A stretch of DNA of 64,000 nucleotides from contig JAMXCW010000010.1 of assembly GCA_024451685.1 (NCBI GenBank), forward strand, positions 3 to 64,002, given 5' to 3'. Shown here piece after piece: positions 1-8,562 of this stretch. Below the pieces are notes generated by a model that worked only from the letters and a program-made list of their open reading frames with translations, was not told where the DNA came from and did no database searches. This stretch comes from Candidatus Bathyanammoxibius amoris (GTDB taxonomy: Bacteria > Planctomycetota > Brocadiia > Brocadiales > Bathyanammoxibiaceae). Position 1 is the stretch's first letter, and every line of letters starts with the position of its first letter. Position numbers and translations under genes: made by a program.

Positions 1-1
1 A

Positions 2-346
2 TTACAGGACATTCCAGATTTTGCCGGACAAAGAGACAAAAACTCCGCAAGGCAGATTGATGTAATATGGTTTGACGAAGATGAAAATCCAAAATTTTGT
101 ATAGAAGTAGAGCACACAACCGATATCACAAAAGGATTACATAGGCTCCTACAATTAGAACACTTCCACGTAACTTTCGTAATTGTTGCAACAGAAGACA
201 AAAGATCTAAATATGAAATAGAGATGAATAAGTCTCCCTTTAGAAAAATGAAAGAGCGGTACAAGTTTATCTCATATGAAGAGGTATTAGAGTTATGTGA
301 AGCTGCCTTGAACTATAAGAAATTAAGAGATACACTCCTTGGGTAA
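2..346 (+). CDS. C-terminal 114 aa of a hypothetical protein, possibly PD-(D/E)XK / restriction-endonuclease-like; 5' end lies outside the window
   Basis: Frame 2 is open from the window edge to TAA at 344-346 (...ARQIDVIWFDEDENPKFCIEVEHTTDITKGLHRLLQLE...). An acidic D...ExE core follows hydrophobic strands. The segment is clearly more AT-rich than the rest. It is absent from the ORF track because it has no start codon. Confidence 0.4.
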   Translation, partial: LQDIPDFAGQRDKNSARQIDVIWFDEDENPKFCIEVEHTTDITKGLHRLLQLEHFHVTFVIVATEDKRSKYEIEMNKSPFRKMKERYKFISYEEVLELCEAALNYKKLRDTLLG

Positions 347-440
347 CATTTTAGCACTAATGTAAAAACAAGAATCCACCTTGTGAAAATACATCCTTCT
401 TCACTTCAATTTATATAAAACCCTACACTGACAGCTTCTC

Positions 441-495
441 GTAGCTGCCCCATTTATGGGGCGCATATAAATAACCTGATAAATCAGGCAACTAC
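441..495. repeat. 55-nt composite palindromic intergenic element, copy 1 (GTAGCTGC...CAACTAC)
   Basis: Outer arms GTAGCTGC / GCAACTAC enclose two small hairpins (CCCCA-TTTA-TGGGG and CCTGA-TAAA-TCAGG). A second 55-nt copy with the same termini lies at 18870-18924. Confidence 0.6.
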
Positions 496-572
496 CGAAA
501 TATTATTGTAGTGGTAGGGTTTACTCTGCTTCAACGACCGTAAAGATCGTTGTCTACCATAATAGTCGAGCA

Positions 573-696
573 AGCCTTCGGGCTGAGGCCCTCAAGGCCG
601 AAGGCTCGCACGCTGCAATTTATAAATAATTTCAGTCCGTATCGGACAGACCTGAAGGTCTGTCCCTGCAGGGGTGCCGCGGGGCTTCGGCCCTGC
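573..696. repeat. cluster of GC-rich intergenic hairpins
   Basis: AGCCTTCGG (573-581) pairs with CCGAAGGCT (598-606). GGACAGACC-TGAA-GGTCTGTCC lies at 644-665. GCGGGGC-TTCG-GCCCTGC lies at 679-696 with one G.T pair. Confidence 0.55.
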
Positions 697-764
697 GCCA
701 ATCCCCCACAAAAGTGTTAGACACGTAACCCTTTCCCCGCACCCAACATAACAGATTAGATTCG

Positions 765-793
765 TTGACAGAAGGTGTTGTGGATGTTATATT
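765..793 (+). promoter_or_regulatory. sigma70-like promoter upstream of plsC
   Basis: TTGACA (765-770), 17-nt spacer, TATATT (788-793). If real, it excludes the GTG 775 and ATG 784 starts and favours ATG 817. Confidence 0.4.
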
Positions 794-816
794 TGCTACG
801 GGAATTATTGGCCAAA

Positions 817-1593
817 ATGTTCGTGAATATACTACGAAGCACGCCCGTCAGAATAGTTTACCTTGTATACGCATGGATTGTCGTTGCCGGTATCTGGCTG
901 ATCGGCTACATCTTTACCTTGATTGCCTCTGTCGGGAGTAAGCGAAAGGACTATGTATACAACACCCTGTGCCGGCTGGGGGCACAGGTGTCAGCGAAGG
1001 GATTGGGCATGCGTGCCGTGGTGGAAGGGGAAGAAAACATTCCCATGGACGAGCCGGTTATATTTATATGCAACCACCAGAGTTATTTTGACATATACAC
1101 GGCCTTCGCTTTTATCCCCAGGAGCTTTTGTTTTATATCCAAGGAGGAGGTCTTCAAGTTGCCGGTGATCGGGGGTTACATGAAGACAGCCGGACACCTA
1201 TCCCTGCCGCGCGAGGAGGGCCGGAGGTCTTATTCAACGCTTACGGAGGCGGTCAAGAAGGCCAGAGAGGGGAAGTCCCTCCTGATTTTCCCCGAAGGCA
1301 CCAGAAGTCCGGACGGAAGGCTTGGCAGCTTTAAGAGGGGCATCTCCCTTATCGTGCTTAAGGCGGGGAGAAAGGTGGTACCGATGTGTATAATCGGCAG
1401 CCGCGATTTTTTGCCCATGGGCACACTTATTCCTAACCCTGCGGAACGTAACATAACGGTAAGATTCGGCAAACCGATGGAATTCCGGAGGGTGGCAAAG
1501 ATGACGAAAAAGGAGTCCGTAGATTCAGTGGAGAGGCTCAGGCAGGCAGTGGCACATCTGCTGGAGGACACAGGAGAAGGCGGCCGTGGATGA
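817..1593 (+). CDS. plsC: 1-acyl-sn-glycerol-3-phosphate acyltransferase
   Basis: The ORF is 775-1593. It has the HX4D acyltransferase motif NHQSYFD, FPEGTRS, and an N-terminal TM helix. Start moved to ATG 817 because of the promoter; 775 or 784 remain possible. Confidence 0.85.
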   Translation: MFVNILRSTPVRIVYLVYAWIVVAGIWLIGYIFTLIASVGSKRKDYVYNTLCRLGAQVSAKGLGMRAVVEGEENIPMDEPVIFICNHQSYFDIYTAFAFIPRSFCFISKEEVFKLPVIGGYMKTAGHLSLPREEGRRSYSTLTEAVKKAREGKSLLIFPEGTRSPDGRLGSFKRGISLIVLKAGRKVVPMCIIGSRDFLPMGTLIPNPAERNITVRFGKPMEFRRVAKMTKKESVDSVERLRQAVAHLLEDTGEGGRG

Positions 1594-2194
1594 GGAAAGA
1601 CAAGAGAGTTTCTTCGGTCGCATAGAAGGGCTCATAAGGACCGGGCAGGAGATAATACTAAGGCCGCAAGGTTTCTTCAAGAACCTTCCGGCAAAAGACG
1701 GCTACCTACGGCCGTTACTGTTTTCTATGGTCATCTTTTGCATCGTTCTGGGCTACAACCTGGTCCTTGTCTCCTCAGGGCTTCTGCGCCCCGATGGACA
1801 GGGGTCGGCGGACAGCCCGTCTTTAACTGATGCGCTGACGAACGTCCCCGTGCTTGTAGTGCTCTGGCTCTTCGGTCTTATCCTGGGGTCCCTCGTGCTC
1901 CATGCCACTTTCAAACTGCTAAAGGGCAAAGGGCGCTTCGAGTCCACTTTCAGTATATTCGCATACAGTTCCATAGCCAACCTCCTGACGATAATACCCT
2001 CGATAGGGCATTATGCCTGCACTATCTACACCCTCGTACTTATAATGCTTGCAGGGAGGGTCGTCCACAAACTCTCAAGCATCAGGGCCGTAGCGGCTCC
2101 GATACTCCCCGCACTCGTCCTGTGGGGAGTAATGATGGTCCTGGTCCTCTCGGGGATCATACCAATCGAGCGACTAACCTCGAGCCTCAAATAG
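1586..2194 (+). CDS. Yip1-domain-like integral membrane protein
   Basis: 202 aa with a soluble N-terminus followed by about 5 hydrophobic helices. It overlaps the plsC stop by 8 nt. The family call comes from overall architecture only. Confidence 0.5.
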   Translation: MDEERQESFFGRIEGLIRTGQEIILRPQGFFKNLPAKDGYLRPLLFSMVIFCIVLGYNLVLVSSGLLRPDGQGSADSPSLTDALTNVPVLVVLWLFGLILGSLVLHATFKLLKGKGRFESTFSIFAYSSIANLLTIIPSIGHYACTIYTLVLIMLAGRVVHKLSSIRAVAAPILPALVLWGVMMVLVLSGIIPIERLTSSLK

Positions 2195-2256
2195 TAGTCC
2201 CGCGTTTTTAGAGCGTCTCCCGGTACCACATGGATAAAAATCTTCCCTGCGCCGCG

Positions 2257-5200
2257 CTACGCGTGCCTGTGAACGTCGCATATCTCCCTGAAAATCTCGC
2301 GGGTGAGGGAGGTATGGCTCTCATTATCCGCGAGGAGTCCTTCCGCCGGCGAGGGAATCTCGTCGGGCGAATAGCCCAGCCTCTTGGCAAGTTTGTCCAG
2401 GGCCTCGTGTGACTCGGGAAGCTTGTCCTGGGTAATGTCATGTACTATGCGAAGGCGGCTCTCCACCTTCCTGAGAAATTTGTACGCGGACACAAGGGAC
2501 TTATAATGTTTTTCCTCCATGAGGCGAGAGTCGTATATGTTGTGGAGTGCGTCCAGTGTGTTCGGAGTCCGGATGTCAGGATAATCCCCGCCGTACTTAA
2601 GCTGAAGGAGCTGCGCGATAAACTCTATGTCAACAATCCCGCCAAAACCCCTCTTAATGTCTTTCCCTGTGGTAGACTGCTCCATGCGCCCCCTCATCTC
2701 CGCTATCTCATCGACCATTTCCGGCCGCCACTGCCCGGCATAGATACACTCTTCTACGGCCCCCATGACCTCCCTCCCAAGCCCTTCGTCACCTGCTATC
2801 CACCTGGCCTTTGTAAGGGCCTGTTTCTCCCAGAGGCCTGCGCCGCCGCTGTAATACTTCGCAAAACTGTCCAGCGACGTTACCAGTATCCCGCCCCTGC
2901 CCTCCGGCCTGAGCCTGGTATCCATCCTGTACAGCGTCCCCCATTCAGTCATTTCTCCCAGGGCCTTCATCAGTCTGTGAGAGATATCGGTAAGCTGGTT
3001 AGACACGCCTGTCTTCGGCCCTTTTGCCTCCCTGTAAACAAATACCACGTCAATGTCGGAACTATAACACATCTCCCTGCCGCCAAGTTTGCCTAGGGCG
3101 AGAACTCCAAATTCAGGCGCGTCACCTTCCCAGTCAACGCCTTTTGCGCACATGTGAAAGGCGTTTACGAGGACGGCTTCCGCCAGTCCGGAAAGGTCTT
3201 CCATGGTAGTCTTCATGTCGGCCTTGCCCAGTATGTCTCTGACGCCGATGCGGAGGATCTCCTGGTTCTTGTACCCGTGGAGGCACCGCAATGTATCCGG
3301 GGCATGTGCCATAATGGCGGAGAGCTCGGCGGTCATCTCTTTTGTGTCCTTGTGCTCACCGATAATCAGTGAATCTATGAGCTGGTCTACCATGCCGGGG
3401 TTCTTTATAAGTATGTCGGAAAGGAACTGGCTCCAGGCGCACAGGTCCACGAAGACCTCCAGGGCCTGTGGGTTTTCCACCAGCATCTGGAAGAAGATGG
3501 TCTTGGCGCCGAGCGAGGCCGTGCAGCGTTCCAGATTGTTGAGGGCCATATCAGGGTCCGGGGCGCGTTTAAGCATGGATAAGAGGGAGGGCGCCATACT
3601 GGCAAAGAAGGCGCGGGTTCTTGGGGAATCATGAAGCGGAGGAGCCTCTCTGGAAAGCAGCTCTATGTTTCGGTGGGCCTTGGTCAGGTCCTTAAAATTG
3701 TACTTTGCAAGCATACTTTCCATCTGCTCGACTGTGTGTTCGGGGTCCAGAATCAGGTCCACCTCCGGCGCGGAGGCCTCGCCCTCCTCTCCAAAGAGGT
3801 TATGGAATAAATTGTTAAGTATACGGTTGGTCCTCCTTGTATGCTTGCCCAGTTCCTTCTGGAACCTTTCCTGTGCCGTAGCCGTTTTTGTGTCACGGAA
3901 GCCGAGCTTTAGCGCAAGCTTACGCTGTTCCTCAACATCAGGGGAGAACTTGTGGACCTGCAGCTCATGCATGGTCTGTAGCCGGTGCTCAAGCGTCCTC
4001 AAGAACGTGTAACTCTCCTCCAGTGATTTCCTTTCATGTGGTTCGAGACATCTTGTCTCCTCCAACAACTCAAGGGAGCGGAGGGTGTTGTGATGTCTGA
4101 TATCCGGATGCAGCCCGCCGTGGAACAGTTGCAGGAACTGCACCGTGAATTCCACGTCCCTTATCCCCCCAAACCCCGTTTTAACCTCCAGGTGGGCCTC
4201 GCCCTTCTTTTCAACCACACTCTCTATCCTTCTCTTCAATCTCTTTATCTCGTTTATCTCGGCCAGCCTCAGGAACCTCTGATACACAAACGGCGTGATA
4301 CTCTCCATAAACGCCTTACCCAGAGGCATGTTTCCGGCCACAGGCCGGGCCTTTATCAGGGCCTGTCTCTCCCACGTACTGCCCTGGGTCTGGTAGTAAT
4401 TGCAATAGGCGTTAAGCGACCTCACCAGGGGACCAAAGCGTCCCTCCGGCCTGAGACGGGTATCCACCCTGAAGACGTAGCCTTCACTGGTACTTGTCCT
4501 GAGTAGGTGTACCACCTGCTCGGCCAGCCTGTGGTAATATTCCGCAGCCGCAGCCTCCTCAAGCCCCAGACCCTCAGGTGAGTACACAAAGATTATGTCG
4601 ATGTCGGAGCTGTAATTTAGCTCCTCGCCCCCCAGCTTCCCCATGGCAATGACCACAAAACCTATTTTCTCAGGGTCTTGCTCTTTAATCTGGAATTTTT
4701 CTCTAAGTTGCTCATGGGCAACACGCAGCGCCGCCTGCGCCTCTACCTCCGCAAGGTCAGTGATTGCCTTTGTAACCGTTGAGAGCGAGGCACCCAGCAC
4801 CAGGTCAAGGTAGCCTATTCGCAACAACTCCCTCCGTTTAAACCTTCGCAGGGTATTAAGTCTTTTATCAAACGACTGAAGCACGTCTATCTCGGAGAAC
4901 AATACCCTTCTCAGCCCGTCCTTGCTTGCAAACTTCTCCTTCTCATCAAGACCCGACAGCCAGTAAAAGTACTCCGGGTTCCGGATCAGGGTATTGGAAA
5001 ACGCCTGGCTGGAGCCGAAGAGACCCACCAGCATATAGACAGACGACGGGTTCTGTCTCATGTAGGAATACAGGTTCATCCCGCTGCAGCATGCCGCGGC
5101 AAACCTCTCCATGTTGTTCAAGGCCGCGTCCGGGTCGGGGCAATCTTTCAATGCGTCTGTGAGGAAGGGCAACACCTCAAGGAAGAGCTCCGCCTTTGGC

Positions 5201-5355
5201 AGACTGCCGGCCAGGGCCTTGAGGTTTTTGCGGGCAAGCCTCGCATTCTGAAGTCCATAGCCTCTGAGAGCGGCGGATACTCTCGACTCCTCCATCTCCT
5301 CACCCAGGACTATGTCTCTTAATTCCAGTGAACAGGTGTCCGGCAACTTTGTCAT
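2257..5355 (-). CDS. glnE: bifunctional glutamine synthetase adenylyltransferase / adenylyl-removing enzyme
   Basis: About 1030 aa with two nucleotidyltransferase cores (GKLGGEELNYSSDIDIIFVY and GKLGGREMCYSSDIDVVFVY), the duplicated architecture typical of GlnE. ATG 5355 is preferred over the TTG at 5388. Confidence 0.9.
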   Translation of the reverse strand: MTKLPDTCSLELRDIVLGEEMEESRVSAALRGYGLQNARLARKNLKALAGSLPKAELFLEVLPFLTDALKDCPDPDAALNNMERFAAACCSGMNLYSYMRQNPSSVYMLVGLFGSSQAFSNTLIRNPEYFYWLSGLDEKEKFASKDGLRRVLFSEIDVLQSFDKRLNTLRRFKRRELLRIGYLDLVLGASLSTVTKAITDLAEVEAQAALRVAHEQLREKFQIKEQDPEKIGFVVIAMGKLGGEELNYSSDIDIIFVYSPEGLGLEEAAAAEYYHRLAEQVVHLLRTSTSEGYVFRVDTRLRPEGRFGPLVRSLNAYCNYYQTQGSTWERQALIKARPVAGNMPLGKAFMESITPFVYQRFLRLAEINEIKRLKRRIESVVEKKGEAHLEVKTGFGGIRDVEFTVQFLQLFHGGLHPDIRHHNTLRSLELLEETRCLEPHERKSLEESYTFLRTLEHRLQTMHELQVHKFSPDVEEQRKLALKLGFRDTKTATAQERFQKELGKHTRRTNRILNNLFHNLFGEEGEASAPEVDLILDPEHTVEQMESMLAKYNFKDLTKAHRNIELLSREAPPLHDSPRTRAFFASMAPSLLSMLKRAPDPDMALNNLERCTASLGAKTIFFQMLVENPQALEVFVDLCAWSQFLSDILIKNPGMVDQLIDSLIIGEHKDTKEMTAELSAIMAHAPDTLRCLHGYKNQEILRIGVRDILGKADMKTTMEDLSGLAEAVLVNAFHMCAKGVDWEGDAPEFGVLALGKLGGREMCYSSDIDVVFVYREAKGPKTGVSNQLTDISHRLMKALGEMTEWGTLYRMDTRLRPEGRGGILVTSLDSFAKYYSGGAGLWEKQALTKARWIAGDEGLGREVMGAVEECIYAGQWRPEMVDEIAEMRGRMEQSTTGKDIKRGFGGIVDIEFIAQLLQLKYGGDYPDIRTPNTLDALHNIYDSRLMEEKHYKSLVSAYKFLRKVESRLRIVHDITQDKLPESHEALDKLAKRLGYSPDEIPSPAEGLLADNESHTSLTREIFREICDVHRHA

Positions 5356-5456
5356 GGAAACATCTCTTCCCAAACGAGAAATGAACAAGAAGGGACAAAA
5401 GTGTATGCGGGCAAAGACCGTGTCAGCGGCAAGTTTGTTTTAACGGGAACCCTGAC

Positions 5457-5503
5457 GAATCCTGCCCCTGCGGGATTCTTCGCTCAAAAGACTCAGAATG
5501 ACA
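5457..5503. repeat. intergenic hairpin plus a copy of the GATTCTTCGCT...CAGAATGACA motif
   Basis: GAATCCTGC-CCCT-GCGGGATTC lies at 5457-5478. GATTCTTCGCT (5474-5484) and CAGAATGACA (5494-5503) follow. Related copies lie at 8295-8321, 8390-8415 and 18940-18966. Confidence 0.6.
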
Positions 5504-5534
5504 CCGGGCATTGGGGCAACCTTTTCAGAGGTCT

Positions 5535-6461
<927 letters not shown>

Positions 6462-6476
6462 GGCTTACAGTTTTCC

Positions 6477-6725
6477 CTAAGAATCCTTTTTCTCTTCTCC
6501 CAGTAACTTGTCAAGCCTCTCCTGGTTAAAGCCCAGCATTACCTCACCATTCACTGCTATGACAGGAACGCTCCTGCCACCGCTGAGCTCTGTCATCTCT
6601 CGCAGCGCGTCCTTGTCCTGAGCCACGTTATACTCCGTGTACTTAATTCCTTTCTTGGCAAAGTATTCCTTGGCCTTCAAGCAATAAGGGCATGTAGGGG
6701 TAGTGTATATCTTCACCTCAGCCAT
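6477..6725 (-). CDS. glutaredoxin / NrdH-like small redoxin
   Basis: 82 aa with a CPYC active site near the N-terminus (TPTCPYCLKAKEYF). It lies directly upstream of trxB. Confidence 0.85.
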   Translation of the reverse strand: MAEVKIYTTPTCPYCLKAKEYFAKKGIKYTEYNVAQDKDALREMTELSGGRSVPVIAVNGEVMLGFNQERLDKLLGEEKKDS

Positions 6726-6832
6726 GGCTACAACCTCCCAATAAGGATGTGTTGAAACTAAGGGCCCTCAAGTGCATACTATTATATACAATACAGGACT
6801 TCAAGGCCATTTCACACCACCCACAGTACCCG

Positions 6833-7633
6833 CTATACGGCCATCCCCAGCGTCTCCATGAGCTTTTCGGCGGCTTCGTCGAGGGGTAACCGTATGGCGG
6901 CGTCCGCGCGGCTGTCGTACTGCGTCGGCTGGAGGTTTATTATGATGAGCCTTGCCCCATGCCCCATCGCCACTTCCGGCATATCCGCCACGGGGTAGAC
7001 TACCAGGGAAGAACCCATTACAAGAAGAAGGTCGCAGTGTTTCAGATATTCAACGGCCCTCTGATATGCCCCCCCGGGAAGTTCCTCGCCAAAAAGGACT
7101 ATGTCGGGCCTTATCACGGCCCCGCACTCCGGACATAGAGGCGGGAGTTCTCCCTCCTCCACCCTCCTGATTATATCTTCCAGGCCGAACTCCTTTGGGC
7201 ACGTACGGCTGGTGCACCTCCCGGTACTTAACCCGCCGTGCATCTCCATTACGTTTTTCGAGCCGGCCTTCTGGTGGAGTCCGTCTATGTTCTGGGTAAT
7301 AACGCACTTTAGCCCAAAAGAATCCTCCTGCTCCAGCCGCGAGAGGAAACGGTGTGCCAAGGTAGGTCTGGCATTTTGGAAGCCGGGAAGGATTTCTCTG
7401 CCAAACTCGTAAAAACCTTTAGGGTTGCTGGCAAAACCCACGTCCGTAAAGAGCATCATCTTGGAGGGATCTTTCGCCCAAAGTCCTTCTTCGGGGCTTC
7501 GGAAGTCGGGAATCCCGGCCGAGGTGCTGATACCCGCTCCGGTCAGCGACACTATGCCGCGGGACTCCTTTATGATAGAGGCAACACTCTCTATCCTGTT
7601 GCTATCAGTACTCAACCCCGGGCCTCGCCTCAA
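6833..7633 (-). CDS. cobB: NAD-dependent protein deacylase (Sir2 family)
   Basis: Motifs GAGISTSAGIPDFRS and QNIDGLH, plus Zn-ribbon cysteines (CTSRTC...CPECG). The start is uncertain: ATG 7633 overlaps cobO by 29 nt, and TTG 7615 is an alternative. Confidence 0.88.
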   Translation of the reverse strand: MRRGPGLSTDSNRIESVASIIKESRGIVSLTGAGISTSAGIPDFRSPEEGLWAKDPSKMMLFTDVGFASNPKGFYEFGREILPGFQNARPTLAHRFLSRLEQEDSFGLKCVITQNIDGLHQKAGSKNVMEMHGGLSTGRCTSRTCPKEFGLEDIIRRVEEGELPPLCPECGAVIRPDIVLFGEELPGGAYQRAVEYLKHCDLLLVMGSSLVVYPVADMPEVAMGHGARLIIINLQPTQYDSRADAAIRLPLDEAAEKLMETLGMAV

Positions 7634-8123
7634 CGCCTTCTTTATAATAATGCTTCACGGCCCTTATCTCGCTTACCAGGTCCGCCGCATCGACTATCCG
7701 GGGATGGGCATTGCGCCCGGTTAAAATAAGTTCCACCCCCTTCGGCCTCTTCTTTATGAGATCCACCACCTGGCTGACGTCTATCATATTATAATCAATG
7801 AGCAGGTTTATCTCGTCAAGGATGACCAGCTCGTAGTCACCCGAGAGCACCGCCTCCCTCGCCCTCTCAAAACCCTTCTTCGCCAGCTCTGTGTCTTCCG
7901 GTGTGGGCTTGCCACATACAAACTTAGACGAGCCGAAACGTTCCACGGTGACGTTCTTCATCTCCCCCAAAATCTTCACCTCACCGCTCGGCCTCCCCTT
8001 GAGGAACTGGACCAGCAGCACCCTGTGTCCGTGTCCCAGAGCGCGTATGGCCTGGCCAACGGCGGCCGTGGTCTTACCCTTCCCGTCACCCGTGTAAACC
8101 TGTACTGTCCCTATCTTTTCCAT
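7605..8123 (-). CDS. cobO: cob(I)yrinic acid a,c-diamide adenosyltransferase (CobO/CobA/BtuR family)
   Basis: 172 aa. The N-terminal segment VQVYTGDGKGKTTAAVGQAIRA and the motif VILDEI are typical of this family. Confidence 0.85.
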   Translation of the reverse strand: MEKIGTVQVYTGDGKGKTTAAVGQAIRALGHGHRVLLVQFLKGRPSGEVKILGEMKNVTVERFGSSKFVCGKPTPEDTELAKKGFERAREAVLSGDYELVILDEINLLIDYNMIDVSQVVDLIKKRPKGVELILTGRNAHPRIVDAADLVSEIRAVKHYYKEGVEARPGVEY

Positions 8124-8170
8124 ATTGTGGGCATCCTATCATACAGGACAGAGTTAAGGCAATACTTTAA

Positions 8171-8199
8171 GTAGGGGCGACCCGCCGGGTCGCCCCTAC
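8171..8199. repeat. perfect 13-bp-stem hairpin GTAGGGGCGACCC-GCC-GGGTCGCCCCTAC
   Basis: The inverted repeat was read directly from the sequence. It is intergenic, between cobO and the cytochrome operon. Confidence 0.7.
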
Positions 8200-8245
8200 C
8201 ATCACTACAGGTTAGAACATCCGTAGGTCAAGGCAACCCCGGTTT

Positions 8246-8321
8246 TGTCATTGCGAGGGGTGTAGCCCCGAAGCAATCTCTTTAACGCACAGGGGATTGC
8301 TTCGCTACGCTCGCAATGACA
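8246..8321. repeat. 76-nt nested palindromic element (TGTCATTGCGAG...CTCGCAATGACA)
   Basis: Outer arms TGTCATTGCGAG / CTCGCAATGACA and inner arms CGAAGCAATC / GATTGCTTCG. The right half is a variant of the GATTCTTCGCT...CAGAATGACA motif. Confidence 0.7.
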
Positions 8322-8362
8322 CCTGGGATACGGTGCGTCGAGACGTCATGCCATAGGCAGAT

Positions 8363-8445
8363 GCGCCTTTGGCGCGCACACTGCGAGTAGATTCTTCGTA
8401 TCGTTTGGAATGACAAACTGTTGCCGCAGGGCTAAAGCCCTGCGG
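8363..8445. repeat. further small hairpins and a motif copy
   Basis: GCGCC-TTT-GGCGC lies at 8363-8375. GATTCTTCGTA...TGGAATGACA lies at 8390-8415. CCGCAGGGC-TAAA-GCCCTGCGG lies at 8424-8445. Confidence 0.6.
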
Positions 8446-8475
8446 CACCCATAAATGAGGCCGCTGATGTGGGCA

Positions 8476-8515
8476 TAAAAAGGCCCCGGTTACGGATGTA
8501 ACCGGGGCCTTTTTC
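8476..8515. terminator. bidirectional rho-independent terminator downstream of the HAO-like gene
   Basis: AGGCCCCGGTTAC-GGAT-GTAACCGGGGCCT (13-bp stem) is flanked by an A-run (8477-8480) and a T-run (8511-8514). It lies 48 nt past the stop of the minus-strand operon. Confidence 0.75.
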
Positions 8516-8562
8516 ACTGATTCAGACCAAAGACTTCAGAAAGGAGGTTGTTTCTACTGCTG

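Noticed and set aside
8305-8517. 70-aa minus-strand ORF in the cobO/cytochrome-operon spacer
   Set aside because: It lies entirely within stacked hairpin repeats and the terminator. It has no RBS or family signal, and its sequence is what such repeats translate to.
8124-8562. Possible cobalamin riboswitch upstream of cobO
   Set aside because: I could not find a B12-box-like core on the minus strand. The region is accounted for by independent hairpin repeats and a terminator. A covariance-model scan would be the decisive test.
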